Shown here piece by piece: positions 36,073-47,101 of a stretch of 64,000 bases of DNA. The notes under the pieces were generated by a model, which was given only the letters and a program-made list of their open reading frames with translations, was not told the origin of the DNA and did not search any database. A program made the position numbers and the translations under genes. The stretch is from contig CAZQBT010000006.1 in assembly GCA_964591955.1 (NCBI GenBank), forward strand, positions 1,809-65,808, in the 5' to 3' direction. Origin of the DNA: an uncultured Brevinematales bacterium. Lineage in GTDB: Bacteria > Spirochaetota > Brevinematia > Brevinematales > CAZQBT01. How positions within the stretch are numbered: the first letter of the stretch is position 1; every line of letters starts with the position of its first letter.

Positions 36073-37932
36073 ATGAAACTTAAAAGTCGTATGTTGTGGA
36101 CTTATATTCTTGTAGGCGTAATTCCCGTTTTTTTATCTTTAGTGATTTTTATTTTTGTTTTCAGGACAAGGTGGGAAGATACCCTGATTAATGACCTCTC
36201 AAGTATTATTAGCGAAATAAAAAGAAACATCTATGAAAAAGCCGAAAGACAGTCCTTTTTCGCCTACACAATAGCAAATTATATTTCCGCAGGCGAGGGT
36301 TTTAAATCGGCGGTTGAGCGCGAGGAACTTACCCGTTTTATTAATCAGCTATCCGGGACATCTACCGGCAGAAACAAGGTTTTTACGCGGTCTTACCTGC
36401 AACCGGAAATTATAGAATTTTTCCACAGGGATAAATTAGTGCAAAGCGAGTTTTGGTTGGAACATGCTTTCTATATAGAATACGGAACCCCTCCCGAACA
36501 TGCAAGCTATATGTGGGAATATCTAAGCGACCCGGTAAGACACAGGTATTTTACCATATCTTTTCCTATGCTTCGTTCCAACACTTTAGTTATGCGAAAC
36601 AGCGCAATCCTTTTTGATACCGATAGCAATGAGAAAGTCGGGATGGTTGTCTGCAGTTATCCGGTAAACAGGGATTTCCTGAATGGGCTTGTTAACCATC
36701 GCGAGGGAATAATCGCTTTTGTAAAAAACGATAACGGCATAGTTTTCAGCGACAATCAATTCGGCGAACTTAATATATTTGATAAAATCGCTGAAATTGA
36801 ACTAACTGTGGAACGCCCTTATGCCTTGCTTATTATTGAGGGTTACGGAAAATACTATCTTGCCCGCGAAAACGTTTACTCATCAGTCGAATATGTTGAC
36901 GGGAAAGTGGTGCGCAAAAGGATTGCCGATGTCGGTGTGCTTTATAGTTCAGCTACCATTGATAAACAGGTTTCATCTTTTCGTATTATAGGCGGTTCAA
37001 TTTTACTGCTTATTTTAATCATTGTTTTTATCTTGGCATGGTACTCATCTAATGTTATAACCACCCCTATCATTAACCTTAAAAGTATGGTAATGGATTT
37101 TAAACATAATTACAACCCGATTCCGCCTCCGAATAAACTTGATGAAGAAATCTATTTGTTACAGGAAAGTTTTACCCAAATGTCCGAATCCATAATTTCC
37201 GATTTTGAACAAGCCTCTGTGGTGCAAAAATCCATATTAACGCCGGAATCTATTTACGGAAATATAGACGATTACGAAATAGATGTAAAATATCTGCCCG
37301 TAAACAGAAATATCAGCGGAGATTATTACAATGTAGAATCAATCGGAAACGGGATTATCTCGGTATTGTTATCCGATGTTTCGGGGCATGGAACACAGGC
37401 GGCGCTTTCCACTATGCAACTTCACGTTCTCAATACAGAATCTTTAAATTTCCATTTGCCTCACGAGCGTTTGGAATTTTTCGATTTTCGTTTCACCAAA
37501 GACCTCAAATCGAAAAATTATATAACCTGCTTTTTGCTTCATCTGTATAAAAACAAAATTATATACTCCAGCGGAGGTCATCCCGAACAATATCTGCTTA
37601 AAATTAAACTACGAAAGATTATTAAATTACAAACCGAGGGTAATATTATCGGCGCTTTTGCAGCCAATAATTTCACATCAAAGGAACTGGCTATAGAAAA
37701 GGGGGATATTATATTACTTTTCACAGACGGTATCTATGAGGAGTTCAACAAAAATAAGCGTGAATTCGGTCAGGCAAGACTTTTAAAATTTTTGGAAAAA
37801 GAAATCAAAAAAAAGTTGTTTGACCTCACCGCAAGCAAAATAAATGAAAAAATACTACACAGGGTTAATACCTACCGCAAAGAAGAACCTCTGAATGATG
37901 ATATTACTATGATTACGATTAAAGTCCTGTAA
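36073..37932 (+). CDS. Membrane sensor PP2C/SpoIIE (RsbU-like) phosphatase
   Basis: Two TM helices around an extracytoplasmic domain, a HAMP-like linker, and SGDYY, DVSGHG, FTDG and DDIT motifs. Confidence 0.9.
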   Translation: MKLKSRMLWTYILVGVIPVFLSLVIFIFVFRTRWEDTLINDLSSIISEIKRNIYEKAERQSFFAYTIANYISAGEGFKSAVEREELTRFINQLSGTSTGRNKVFTRSYLQPEIIEFFHRDKLVQSEFWLEHAFYIEYGTPPEHASYMWEYLSDPVRHRYFTISFPMLRSNTLVMRNSAILFDTDSNEKVGMVVCSYPVNRDFLNGLVNHREGIIAFVKNDNGIVFSDNQFGELNIFDKIAEIELTVERPYALLIIEGYGKYYLARENVYSSVEYVDGKVVRKRIADVGVLYSSATIDKQVSSFRIIGGSILLLILIIVFILAWYSSNVITTPIINLKSMVMDFKHNYNPIPPPNKLDEEIYLLQESFTQMSESIISDFEQASVVQKSILTPESIYGNIDDYEIDVKYLPVNRNISGDYYNVESIGNGIISVLLSDVSGHGTQAALSTMQLHVLNTESLNFHLPHERLEFFDFRFTKDLKSKNYITCFLLHLYKNKIIYSSGGHPEQYLLKIKLRKIIKLQTEGNIIGAFAANNFTSKELAIEKGDIILLFTDGIYEEFNKNKREFGQARLLKFLEKEIKKKLFDLTASKINEKILHRVNTYRKEEPLNDDITMITIKVL

Positions 37933-38027
37933 TTAATTATTCCGTCTATTCTAAACGCAGGAAAACTGGAATTTTTCATCAAGTTAGGTGTAAAATATAC
38001 GCTAATTTTAAAATCGAGAGGAATGTT

Positions 38028-38858
38028 TTGGGTTTGGTTAATATGCATATTCACTCAAGCTATTCGGATGGTATATATTCGCCGATGGAAATTTTAAATC
38101 TTTTGGAGAAAACAAACCTTAGCGGATTTGCGCTTACCGACCATGATACATTCGACGGAATTGAATATATGCAAAAATGTATAAAAGAAACCAATTCTTC
38201 GCTTTTTTTTATACCCGGATGTGAAATTTCAACCTATTTTGGGCCATTGGGTGATATACATATACTCGCATATTTTGCCGACAATAATTATAAGAAATTT
38301 CTGCCGGTATTAAACGATATGCATCTTTACAGAAAAAATCGAGCAAAGGATATTATCGACAACTTAAACAATGCGGGATACTCATTGGATTTTGATAAAA
38401 TATCAGGTAACAAAAAAATATCGCTCGGACGGATGCATATAGCGCGTGAATTGGTCAATCAGGGGTATTTTGATAATACCGATAAGGCTTTTGAAACCCT
38501 TTTACGTAAAGGATGCCCTTTTTATATACCGAATAAGTTGTTTAACACTATTGAGGTAATCGGCGAGATTTACGGTAATGGAGGAATTGCGGCACTTGCC
38601 CATCCCACTTTCCTTCAGGATGAGGAAAATTGGAAATATATTGATAATTTTGTAAAAAACGGGCTTAGCGCAATTGAGTGCTTCCATCCGAAAATTTCAA
38701 AAAAATTATCGCGAAAGATAAGACGGGAATTCAGATATAAACTGAATTTTGTCGGAGGAAGCGATTTCCACGACAACAGGGATTTTTATAACCTTGCTAA
38801 ATTCGGTATAGATTTAAAAGAGGCAAAAGAACTTGTCAAATACTTTTATGTTTCATAA
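38028..38858 (+). CDS. PHP-domain phosphoesterase (TrpH/YciV-like)
   Basis: HIHSSYSDG, LTDHDT, GCEIS, GRMHIA, LAHP and GGSDFH motifs. Confidence 0.9.
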   Translation: MGLVNMHIHSSYSDGIYSPMEILNLLEKTNLSGFALTDHDTFDGIEYMQKCIKETNSSLFFIPGCEISTYFGPLGDIHILAYFADNNYKKFLPVLNDMHLYRKNRAKDIIDNLNNAGYSLDFDKISGNKKISLGRMHIARELVNQGYFDNTDKAFETLLRKGCPFYIPNKLFNTIEVIGEIYGNGGIAALAHPTFLQDEENWKYIDNFVKNGLSAIECFHPKISKKLSRKIRREFRYKLNFVGGSDFHDNRDFYNLAKFGIDLKEAKELVKYFYVS

Positions 38859-38901
38859 ATATTTGATATAATATTACATAAAAAAAATAGGAGGAAAATA
38901 G

Positions 38902-39366
38902 ATGGCACCTAAAATTGAAGGCGTAGTAAACAGCACCATAGGGGAAGGTTCCGTATTTCAAGGAAAATTCTTTGTCCAGGGTTCTTTCCAAATTAACGGC
39001 AAATTCGAGGGTGAAATCCGCACCGAAGAACATCTGCTTGTAGGCGAAACCGGTAAAGTAAAAACACAGGTTCTTCGCGCAAAGAAAATTACCGTTGCGG
39101 GAGTTGTCCTTGGTCATATAGAAGCACAGGAAGAGGTTAGACTCTTATCAACCGGCAGGGTTCTGGGAAATATCTCCGCACCGCAGATTACTATTGAACC
39201 CGGGGTTGTCGTAAAAGGTCAACTCCATCTTACCGCAGGACAGAAAAAGGACGTTGACAAGCTTATTGAGGATGCATATAATTCAGGACCTAATATAAAT
39301 CTTGAAAATATGTTTGTCGAAAACAAAAGAAGCGAAGAACTAAAAGTAAAAGAAGAAATTAAATAA
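38902..39366 (+). CDS. Bactofilin (polymer-forming cytoskeletal protein)
   Basis: NSTIGEGSVFQGKF..INGKFEGEI..VGETGKVK..VLGNI beta-helix pattern. Confidence 0.9.
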   Translation: MAPKIEGVVNSTIGEGSVFQGKFFVQGSFQINGKFEGEIRTEEHLLVGETGKVKTQVLRAKKITVAGVVLGHIEAQEEVRLLSTGRVLGNISAPQITIEPGVVVKGQLHLTAGQKKDVDKLIEDAYNSGPNINLENMFVENKRSEELKVKEEIK

Positions 39367-39369
39367 CTA

Positions 39370-40134
39370 ATGAGACTCAAGAGCAAAACAGAAATTGAAT
39401 ATATCCGCAAAAGCAACAGGATTATTGCCGAAATATTTGAGAAACTAAAACCCTATATGAGAGCGGGAATTACAACGCGGGAAATAGATAAGATTGCCGA
39501 AGACCATATATTTTCGCGCGGAGCACGTCCGGCATTCAAGGGATATACCCCCGCATTCGGTTTTCCTCCGTATCCCGCAAGCACCTGCGTTTCGGTTAAT
39601 GAACAGGTTATCCACGGCATACCCGGAGACTATATACTTCGGGAAGGTGATATTGTCAGCGTGGATATAGGCACCGAACTTGCCGGTTATTATGGCGATG
39701 CTACCTACACATACCTTATCGGCGAAGTTTCGGATGAGATACGCGCGCTTAGTGAAAACACATTTCAGGCTCTTTATGAGGCAATATCCGTTTGTAAAAA
39801 AGGGAATTATCTTAACGAAATCGGCAAGGCTATCGATTTTTTTTTAAAGCCTTTCGGTTACGGTATTGTTCGGGACTACTGCGGGCATGGTGTCGGTAAT
39901 GCAATACACGAGCCTCCCCCTATCCTGAACTACTTCGACCCCAAGCGCAAAGGTCCACGTCTCCAAAAAGGTATGGTTTTGGCTATTGAACCTATGATTA
40001 CTCTGGGGAGTTACAAAGTTAAGACACTTCCCGATAAATGGACATTGGTTACGGAAGACGGGAAACCGGCAGCGCATTGGGAACACTCCGTTGCAATAAC
40101 GGACGGAGAGGCGGATATTCTGTCCGTTATTTAA
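39370..40134 (+). CDS. map: Methionine aminopeptidase type I
   Basis: SVNEQVIHGIP, GDIVSVDIG, GHGVG..IHE, AIEPMI and AHWEHSV motifs. Confidence 0.96.
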   Translation: MRLKSKTEIEYIRKSNRIIAEIFEKLKPYMRAGITTREIDKIAEDHIFSRGARPAFKGYTPAFGFPPYPASTCVSVNEQVIHGIPGDYILREGDIVSVDIGTELAGYYGDATYTYLIGEVSDEIRALSENTFQALYEAISVCKKGNYLNEIGKAIDFFLKPFGYGIVRDYCGHGVGNAIHEPPPILNYFDPKRKGPRLQKGMVLAIEPMITLGSYKVKTLPDKWTLVTEDGKPAAHWEHSVAITDGEADILSVI

Positions 40135-40151
40135 TTTTTAGGGAACAGGCT

Positions 40152-41708
40152 ATGGATTTTGAAATAGTTATAGTCGGTAGCGGAATCGCCGGCAATATCA
40201 CAGCTTATCATCTTGCCAAATCAGGTTTTAACGTTGGAATTATCACCAAAAACGACACAATAGAAGAAAGCAATACTTTCTATGCTCAAGGCGGAATTGT
40301 CTATAAAGGCTATGGGGATAAGCCCGAATTTCTTTACAACGATATTATGAATGCGGGGGCGGGAATCTGCAACCCCGAAGCGCTTAAAATTATCAGCGAA
40401 CTTGGTTCCAAGATGGTAGAAGAAACCCTAATCAACGAGCTTAACGTTAATTTTACCCGTAAAGAAGACAACTCTCTTGATTTAACCGACGAGGGCGCTC
40501 ACTCGGTTAAGCGAATAATCCATTCTTACGACACTACCGGGCAAAGCATCCAGACAGCTTTAACAAAAGCCCTGTCCGACTTCCCGAATATAACTTTCCT
40601 TACCGACCATACGGTAATAGATATAATCACCCTTCAACACCACTCCAAAGACAAATTCCGTATGTATAAACCGCATATTGCGCTTGGGGTTTACGCACTT
40701 GATAACAAAACCAAAAAGGTCAAAAGAATTCTGTCAAAGACTGTCGTTCTCGCGACCGGAGGTATCGGACAGGTATATCTCCATTCCACAAACCCGCCTT
40801 GCGCTACGGGGGATGGTTATGCGATGGCGGCACGCGCGGAAATTCGATTAATCAATATGGAATATACGCAATTCCACCCGACAACCCTTTATCATTCCAA
40901 AGGGAATAATTTTCTAATATCCGAGGCTGTGCGCGGCGAGGGTGCAATTTTGACAGACCGTAACGGGAACGCCTTTATGCACAAATATCATCCGCAAAAG
41001 GAACTTGCCCCGCGTGATATTGTTACCCGTGCCATTCTTGCGGAGATGCTCGAATCGGGGGACAAATTTGTTTATCTTGACCTGTCGCCTATCGAAAAAA
41101 ATAAAATAATGGAGCGTTTCCCCTACATTTACAATACCTGTTATAATCTCGATATTGATATAAAAAATTATCCCATACCGATAGTTCCGGCGTTTCATTT
41201 TTCCTGCGGAGGTATAAAAACGGATATGCTGGGAAGAACGGAATGCGACAGGCTGTTTGCCGTAGGGGAGGTTGCATGCACGGGGCTTCACGGCGCAAAC
41301 CGCTTGGCAAGCACCTCGCTTCTTGAAGGCGTTGTATTCGGACAAAGAATCGCCGAATTTATTACCGAAAATCGCGAAGACTATATAAATTATAAATTGC
41401 CGGATATTCCCGACTGGATTGATACGGGATTCACGGATACCGTTGACCCCGCTTTAATCCATCAAGACCTGACCTCGTTACAGCATATTATGTGGAATTA
41501 CGTCGGAGCATTAAGAAGCAAACGAAGACTCCAGCGCGCCATAACCGACCTTAAAAATCTCCGCGACGAAATAGAAATATTTTACAGGGATACGAAAATC
41601 GACAAGCGCATAATCGAATTGCGTAACGCCGTTCAAACCGGCTTGATTGTAGCGCGTCAGGCATGGACAAACAGGGAAAGTTGCGGCGCTCATTACAGGA
41701 TTGATTAA
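40152..41708 (+). CDS. nadB: L-aspartate oxidase
   Basis: GSGIAG, SNTFYAQGGI, EGAHS..RIIH, QFHPT, LISEAVRGEG, TGLHGANRLASTSLLE and ESCGAHYR motifs. Confidence 0.95.
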   Translation: MDFEIVIVGSGIAGNITAYHLAKSGFNVGIITKNDTIEESNTFYAQGGIVYKGYGDKPEFLYNDIMNAGAGICNPEALKIISELGSKMVEETLINELNVNFTRKEDNSLDLTDEGAHSVKRIIHSYDTTGQSIQTALTKALSDFPNITFLTDHTVIDIITLQHHSKDKFRMYKPHIALGVYALDNKTKKVKRILSKTVVLATGGIGQVYLHSTNPPCATGDGYAMAARAEIRLINMEYTQFHPTTLYHSKGNNFLISEAVRGEGAILTDRNGNAFMHKYHPQKELAPRDIVTRAILAEMLESGDKFVYLDLSPIEKNKIMERFPYIYNTCYNLDIDIKNYPIPIVPAFHFSCGGIKTDMLGRTECDRLFAVGEVACTGLHGANRLASTSLLEGVVFGQRIAEFITENREDYINYKLPDIPDWIDTGFTDTVDPALIHQDLTSLQHIMWNYVGALRSKRRLQRAITDLKNLRDEIEIFYRDTKIDKRIIELRNAVQTGLIVARQAWTNRESCGAHYRID

Positions 41709-41713
41709 TCTAT

Positions 41714-42484
41714 CTAAACGTCAAGAATAATTCCCACGGGGCAATGGTCTGAGCCTTTAATATCGGGCAATATAAGCGCATCTTTAACGCAAGGCAGAAA
41801 CTCATCGTTGACAAAAAAATAGTCTATACGCCATCCTATATTGTTATCACGGGCACTAAAGCGATATGTCCACCACGAATACTGCTTTTCAAGTCCGGGA
41901 TTAAAATGTCTGAACGTGTCGGTATATCCATAAGATATAAATTTATCAATCCATTCCCTTTCGACAGGCAAAAACCCCGAATTTTTCTCATTAGCTTTTG
42001 GGTTTGCAAGGTCGATTTCTTTGTGTGCGGTATTAAAATCCCCGCAAACCACGATATTTTTACCGTCCCTTCTCAAACCCTCCGCATATTCCAAAAAGGT
42101 ATCATAAAAATCAAGTTTATATTTCAAGCGTTCATCGTCTTTCTGACCGTTGGGAAAATAAATATTGAAAAGGACAAATTTTTCATATTCGGCAATTATA
42201 GTCCTGCCCTCGTTATCAAAATGCTTGACGCCGAAACCTTTTTTGACCGAAAGAGGCTTGATTTTAGAAAACAACGCCGTCCCGCTATACCCCCTTCGTT
42301 TCGCGGGATTCCATATAGAGGTATAATCTTCGGGTGAAAGGATAACCTCGCTTAACTGTTCGGGCAATGCTTTAATCTCCTGAATGCCGAGGATATCCGG
42401 TTTTTCCGTATTAAACCAATCGAAAAAACCGTTTTTTACAGCCGCGCGAATACCGTTTACATTCCACGAAAATAGTCTCAGCAT
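41714..42484 (-). CDS. xth: Exodeoxyribonuclease III / AP endonuclease
   Basis: [27 protein letters not shown] and SDHCP motifs. Confidence 0.95.
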   Translation of the reverse strand: MLRLFSWNVNGIRAAVKNGFFDWFNTEKPDILGIQEIKALPEQLSEVILSPEDYTSIWNPAKRRGYSGTALFSKIKPLSVKKGFGVKHFDNEGRTIIAEYEKFVLFNIYFPNGQKDDERLKYKLDFYDTFLEYAEGLRRDGKNIVVCGDFNTAHKEIDLANPKANEKNSGFLPVEREWIDKFISYGYTDTFRHFNPGLEKQYSWWTYRFSARDNNIGWRIDYFFVNDEFLPCVKDALILPDIKGSDHCPVGIILDV

Positions 42485-42492
42485 AAAATCTC

Positions 42493-43335
42493 CTATAAAA
42501 CGGGAGTTTCAATAAGCATCAATTCTATATCGCCCCTTCCGCTAACCGAAATATTATATGAAAAAATACCTTTACGAATAGAGAGAGTGAGATAAAAAAA
42601 TAAGTCCCCCGTTTTGCTTACAAGCATCCCGTCAATGTAATTAAATATATCGGTAAGATTTAACTCGGCGCTCCCCATTTTTTGAGGAGTAACGGCTTTT
42701 TCATATTCGTCCCTTTCAAAAACGTCTATGCCGATTTTATTTGCTACATTAAGATTTAGCGTGTCGAAATTACGAATAGAACGGGAATGGGAATATGCGG
42801 CAATATACCTGTCGTCCCTGCCGCTTTCCCTGACGTTGTAATTGGTGGAAACCGTATAACCGTTCCAAAGTTTTTCCATATCGTCGAATTGAGGTAAAAC
42901 CGCATTGGCATACGAGGAGAGTTGTGCATTGGGACGCTCCTGATGAAACGCCGTAACTTTTCCGTATTCGGTAATATAGAAAGTGGAAAACCACGTTCTA
43001 AGCAGGTTTACGCTTTTGATAATCTCCGCGTTGACACGCGCATCTCCGCCGTCAACATTGAGGTCGCGGATTATAAAATTTACCCTGTATCCCAGATTCG
43101 ATACATAAGAAACGGGGGTCATTTCGGCTTTTCCGCTGATTTTTATATCTCCGCTGTATTGAATTATCATAGCATTGACATTCATATTTACATCAACCTT
43201 AAAATCGTAGGCAACCGTTTTGCCTTCCTCAAAATTGTAACGGGGCTTTATATCGGTTCTTACTTCTCTTGCGCAGGTTGAAACCATAATTACGGTTATT
43301 AAACTAAGCGCTATATTCACCCATTTCTTTTGCAT
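42493..43335 (-). CDS. Hypothetical lipoprotein
   Basis: Basic N-terminus, hydrophobic stretch and lipobox-like MVSTC; beta-rich mature part; start overlaps the 3' end of proS. Confidence 0.6.
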   Translation of the reverse strand: MQKKWVNIALSLITVIMVSTCAREVRTDIKPRYNFEEGKTVAYDFKVDVNMNVNAMIIQYSGDIKISGKAEMTPVSYVSNLGYRVNFIIRDLNVDGGDARVNAEIIKSVNLLRTWFSTFYITEYGKVTAFHQERPNAQLSSYANAVLPQFDDMEKLWNGYTVSTNYNVRESGRDDRYIAAYSHSRSIRNFDTLNLNVANKIGIDVFERDEYEKAVTPQKMGSAELNLTDIFNYIDGMLVSKTGDLFFYLTLSIRKGIFSYNISVSGRGDIELMLIETPVL

Positions 43336-45025
43336 AAATCTCTCCTATTCTGGAATCAATCAAATCAGGCGAAACAAGCTCCGCTTCCGAACCTTTGCGG
43401 GCTTTAAGTTCCAACTTATTATCATTAACAAAACTTTTGCCTACCGTTAAACGTATAGGTATCCCGATTAAATCCGCATCCTTGAATTTAACCCCGGCGC
43501 GCTCATCCCTGTCGTCTAAAAGGACTTCATAATTTTTGCCGAGTTCTTTATAAAGCCTCTCCGCCTCGTTCATAATCTTTTCATCGGAAATATTAACGGG
43601 AACAATAATAATATGATACGGAGCAATAGACATAGGCCAGATAATACCGTCCTTATCGTGGGATTGTTCAATTACGCTTGCGAGAGTTCTACCTACCCCG
43701 ATACCGTAACATCCCATAACCGGATGTCTGTCCTCTCCGTTTTCATCCTGAAACGTAACGTTCATAGATTTAGTATATTTATAACCGAGCTTAAAAATAT
43801 GCCCGACTTCAATTCCCCTGTAAGCGGAAAGCGGGGTTTTGCATTCCGGGCAAGCGTCGCCTTCTTTTACAAGTGAAATATCGGCAAAAATATCAACCTT
43901 AAAATCGCGTTCGATATTGACATTGATAATATGGGTGTCCTTTTTGTTGGCTCCCGTTATAACATTGCTCATATATTTAACCGAATCATCGGCAATAATC
44001 TTAACCCCTGAAATCCCCGAAGGACCTGCAAAACCTACGGGAGCGCCTGTAACTTTAAGTATGGTTTCATCATCGGCAAGTTCAATTTCCGCCGCGCCGA
44101 TTGCATTCTTGAGTTTAACCTCATTGATTTCCAAATCGCCGCGTATAATAGCAAGTATAGGTTTGCTATCCGCGATATAGACTATGGATTTTATAAATTT
44201 ATCAGGCTGGGTTTTAAAGAATACGGTCAACTCTTCAATAGTGCGAACATCGGGAGTAGCGACTTCCTCAACGGGATTAAGTGTTACTTCGGAAGCGACA
44301 AATTCCCTGAAAGCAACGGCGCGTTCGGTATTTGCTATATACCCGCATTCAGGGCATTTAACAATTTCCTCCTCGCCGACTTCGGAAGCCACCATAAACT
44401 CCTCGCTTGCAGAGCCTCCCATAGCGCCGGTATCCGCCTGCACCGGGTCAACCTCAAGCCCGCATCGCTTAAAAATCTTTCGATAAGCCTTTCGCATAGC
44501 CTGATAGTTAGTCTCAAGCCCCGCCTCGTCTATATCAAATGAATAAGCGTCTTTCATAATAAACTCCCGCGCCCTCATCACGCCGAAACGCGGACGGATT
44601 TCATCACGGAATTTCAGGTTAATTTGATAGAGGTTTAACGGCAAATCGCGATACGACTGGATATTTTCGCGAACTATTGAAGTAAACGTTTCCTCGTGCG
44701 TGGGTCCGAGAATTAAATCAACGTTATGGCGGTCTTTAAAGCGAAGAAGCTCTTTACCGTAAGCAAAAAAACGTCCGCTTTCTTTCCAAAGTTCGGCGGG
44801 TGTTACAAAAGGCGGTAAAAGCTCCTGAGCGCCCGCTTTATCCATTTCATCGCGGATAATATCCATAACTTTGCGAAGGGAACGTAAACCGAGAGGCATA
44901 AACGTATAAAGTCCTGCTGATGTTTTACGAATAAGCCCCGCGCGAATCATAAGAATATGCGATTTGATTTCCGCATCCTTTGGTTCTTCACGAAGTGTAG
45001 GTAACAGCAATCTTGAATAACGCAT
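43304..45025 (-). CDS. proS: Proline--tRNA ligase (bacterial type with INS editing domain)
   Basis: PTLREEPKDAE, LGPTHEE, FRDEIRPRFGVMRAREF, GIEVGHIF and MGCYGIG motifs; likely ATG at 45025. Confidence 0.97.
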   Translation of the reverse strand: MRYSRLLLPTLREEPKDAEIKSHILMIRAGLIRKTSAGLYTFMPLGLRSLRKVMDIIRDEMDKAGAQELLPPFVTPAELWKESGRFFAYGKELLRFKDRHNVDLILGPTHEETFTSIVRENIQSYRDLPLNLYQINLKFRDEIRPRFGVMRAREFIMKDAYSFDIDEAGLETNYQAMRKAYRKIFKRCGLEVDPVQADTGAMGGSASEEFMVASEVGEEEIVKCPECGYIANTERAVAFREFVASEVTLNPVEEVATPDVRTIEELTVFFKTQPDKFIKSIVYIADSKPILAIIRGDLEINEVKLKNAIGAAEIELADDETILKVTGAPVGFAGPSGISGVKIIADDSVKYMSNVITGANKKDTHIINVNIERDFKVDIFADISLVKEGDACPECKTPLSAYRGIEVGHIFKLGYKYTKSMNVTFQDENGEDRHPVMGCYGIGVGRTLASVIEQSHDKDGIIWPMSIAPYHIIIVPVNISDEKIMNEAERLYKELGKNYEVLLDDRDERAGVKFKDADLIGIPIRLTVGKSFVNDNKLELKARKGSEAELVSPDLIDSRIGEIYAKEMGEYSA

Positions 45026-45115
45026 AGGTTTCTCCATAAAAGTAAATTGCCTGAATATTATACAATAATACGGACATAAAAGCCAGAAAATTAAGTTCAA
45101 CTGCAAAAAGGGATG

Positions 45116-46816
45116 TTACCAGCTACCGCCGCCGCCCCCTCCGAAACCGCCTCCGGAGCCTCCGCCGAAACTTCCACCGGAGAAACCTCCCCCCGAACCG
45201 CCGCCCTCCGGCGCGGGTTGAGACACCGCAGAACTATTTATATCGGAAAGACTGTGCCTTAAATCACGGATAAAATATGTCGCCATAAACGCCCCCGCCA
45301 TTCTGTTGCCGGAATACCATTGCGGAGGTTCGGTCAAAAGTTTGTTAAACAACTTGCCCCACCTGTTTTCCATACCGAATATTATCGCATACGGAATTGT
45401 CTCATCAAAGTAATGAGGGTCTTCTTTCAGGAGCATCCTGATTCTATCCTCTTCGGCGCGTCTCATAAATTCCCTGAAGCCCAAAATTTTGCCGTAAGAA
45501 TCTAAACCCTTAACGGTTTTTTTAGGCATAATTATAGCAAAAAATATACTGCACAGCGTTGTAAACACAAAAAGCAAAGCCGATTTTAAAGGATTTTCAA
45601 AAAATATCAATCCGATTATTATCATAATCAGAGACACAACGGCAAAGAAAATATACATCCCGCGCCAGAAATTTCCGCTTTCCTCAAAAAATCCTCTTGT
45701 CTTGAAATACCCGTCAAAAGTATTTTTTACCATCGCTAAGTCCGAAAAGAATTTCTCCTCGTAAGACGATGTATAAACGCGGTTGGGGATTTTTTTGTTT
45801 ACATAAGTCTTTTTAAACATTCTGTCAAGAAGCTCTTCCTCAAAACGCCTGATAAAAGCATTTTCGGGAACATTTTCGACTTTTTCAATAAAGGTTTCGC
45901 CGTCTTTATCCTGCCCGATTTTAATAAACCCTCTCTGAGCCAAATCGACAACGGTAGAGGGCAAATCGAAATTGGCGAACTGACTTAAAATAGATTTTGC
46001 ATCGGATGGTGAAACATCTTTCGGCGGGAAAAACTCGGTCATTACCGGAATACGCTCATCCTTGCCATGCTTCCACCATATCCGAAAAGAAATAAGTAAA
46101 AATATCGCCATACCAATCAAATGGTAATAAGCCCTTAAAAAGTTCATTAATTTATACAAAAATTCGGTAAACGGACTTCTATGAATAATCCCTTTTGGAA
46201 TGCGCGCTTGGACGGTAATGCCCTGATAAGGCGAAAGTCTGTGCGGGAAATCGATAATTAATTTACGCCCGTCGATTTGTCCCTGTAATTGATTTGTAGC
46301 TTCCCGCGCCCCGTAATAAATCCTGTAATCTATGTTTTCACCCATAGCTATATTTGTAGGAAAAGTCATAACGACACGGGATTTATAGATATTTACAGGC
46401 CATTCCGTCCCGATAACGTTCCAGTAAATTTCATCATAGTCATCATTGTCGGTAATAACGGCGTGATTTGCCTCATACGAAATATTGTAAAGCCTTTCTC
46501 CGCGATGATAAACTCCCTCCGTTCCGAGACGGATTTTAACGTAGCCGTTGTCCCGCATAACGACTTTCTCATGGTCGGAATCTATATTTCCAATCCGAAT
46601 GCGCCTCTTTTTACCGTCAATCTCCGAGATATAAGGAATAGTTCTGAAAATCCCCTGCCTTGAGTAATGAAAATCGACCAATATCCTCTCTTCAAAGACT
46701 AAAACCCCGCTTTCAAGAACCTCAACATCGACCTCAAAGTTTTTAATATCGAAATACTCGGCAAAAGCGCAGACAGGTAAAAACAAAAACAGCACAAATG
46801 CAATAAAATTTTTCAT
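45116..46816 (-). CDS. DUF2207 (YciQ-like) membrane protein
   Basis: Signal peptide, GIFRTIP, YWNVIGTEW, PYAIIFG and a Gly/Ser-rich C-terminus ending GGGGGGSW. Confidence 0.85.
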   Translation of the reverse strand: MKNFIAFVLFLFLPVCAFAEYFDIKNFEVDVEVLESGVLVFEERILVDFHYSRQGIFRTIPYISEIDGKKRRIRIGNIDSDHEKVVMRDNGYVKIRLGTEGVYHRGERLYNISYEANHAVITDNDDYDEIYWNVIGTEWPVNIYKSRVVMTFPTNIAMGENIDYRIYYGAREATNQLQGQIDGRKLIIDFPHRLSPYQGITVQARIPKGIIHRSPFTEFLYKLMNFLRAYYHLIGMAIFLLISFRIWWKHGKDERIPVMTEFFPPKDVSPSDAKSILSQFANFDLPSTVVDLAQRGFIKIGQDKDGETFIEKVENVPENAFIRRFEEELLDRMFKKTYVNKKIPNRVYTSSYEEKFFSDLAMVKNTFDGYFKTRGFFEESGNFWRGMYIFFAVVSLIMIIIGLIFFENPLKSALLFVFTTLCSIFFAIIMPKKTVKGLDSYGKILGFREFMRRAEEDRIRMLLKEDPHYFDETIPYAIIFGMENRWGKLFNKLLTEPPQWYSGNRMAGAFMATYFIRDLRHSLSDINSSAVSQPAPEGGGSGGGFSGGSFGGGSGGGFGGGGGGSW

Positions 46817-47036
46817 CAGGTTTCTCCGTTTTTTTATTCAAAGGGAATGGTCTGTTGCCTCAATATTCCCGATAACTTATTGTAATATACGGAGTTGCAG
46901 GCGTCAAGAATGAGGGTTTTTGTTTCAGTTAAATCGGAACAAATTGCACATTAAATATCAAAAACCTGATTCAACTTGACATTAACCCTGTTTAGCGTTA
47001 TCTTACAAGTAGGGAGAGAAACCGCAAAAATTGGGG

Positions 47037-47063
47037 TTATAGTTATTTTATTTGTGCCGATAA
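47037..47063 (+). promoter_or_regulatory. Putative sigma28 (FliA) promoter for fliD
   Basis: Perfect -10 GCCGATAA at 47056-47063 upstream of a flagellar gene; the -35 is imperfect. Confidence 0.55.
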
Positions 47064-47101
47064 TTAGAAACAGAAGAAATATTAAAGGAAAACGGCAAAA
47101 A

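Noticed and set aside
45119..45215. GC-rich (CCG/CCN)n repeat
   Set aside because: It simply encodes the Gly/Ser-rich tail typical of DUF2207 proteins
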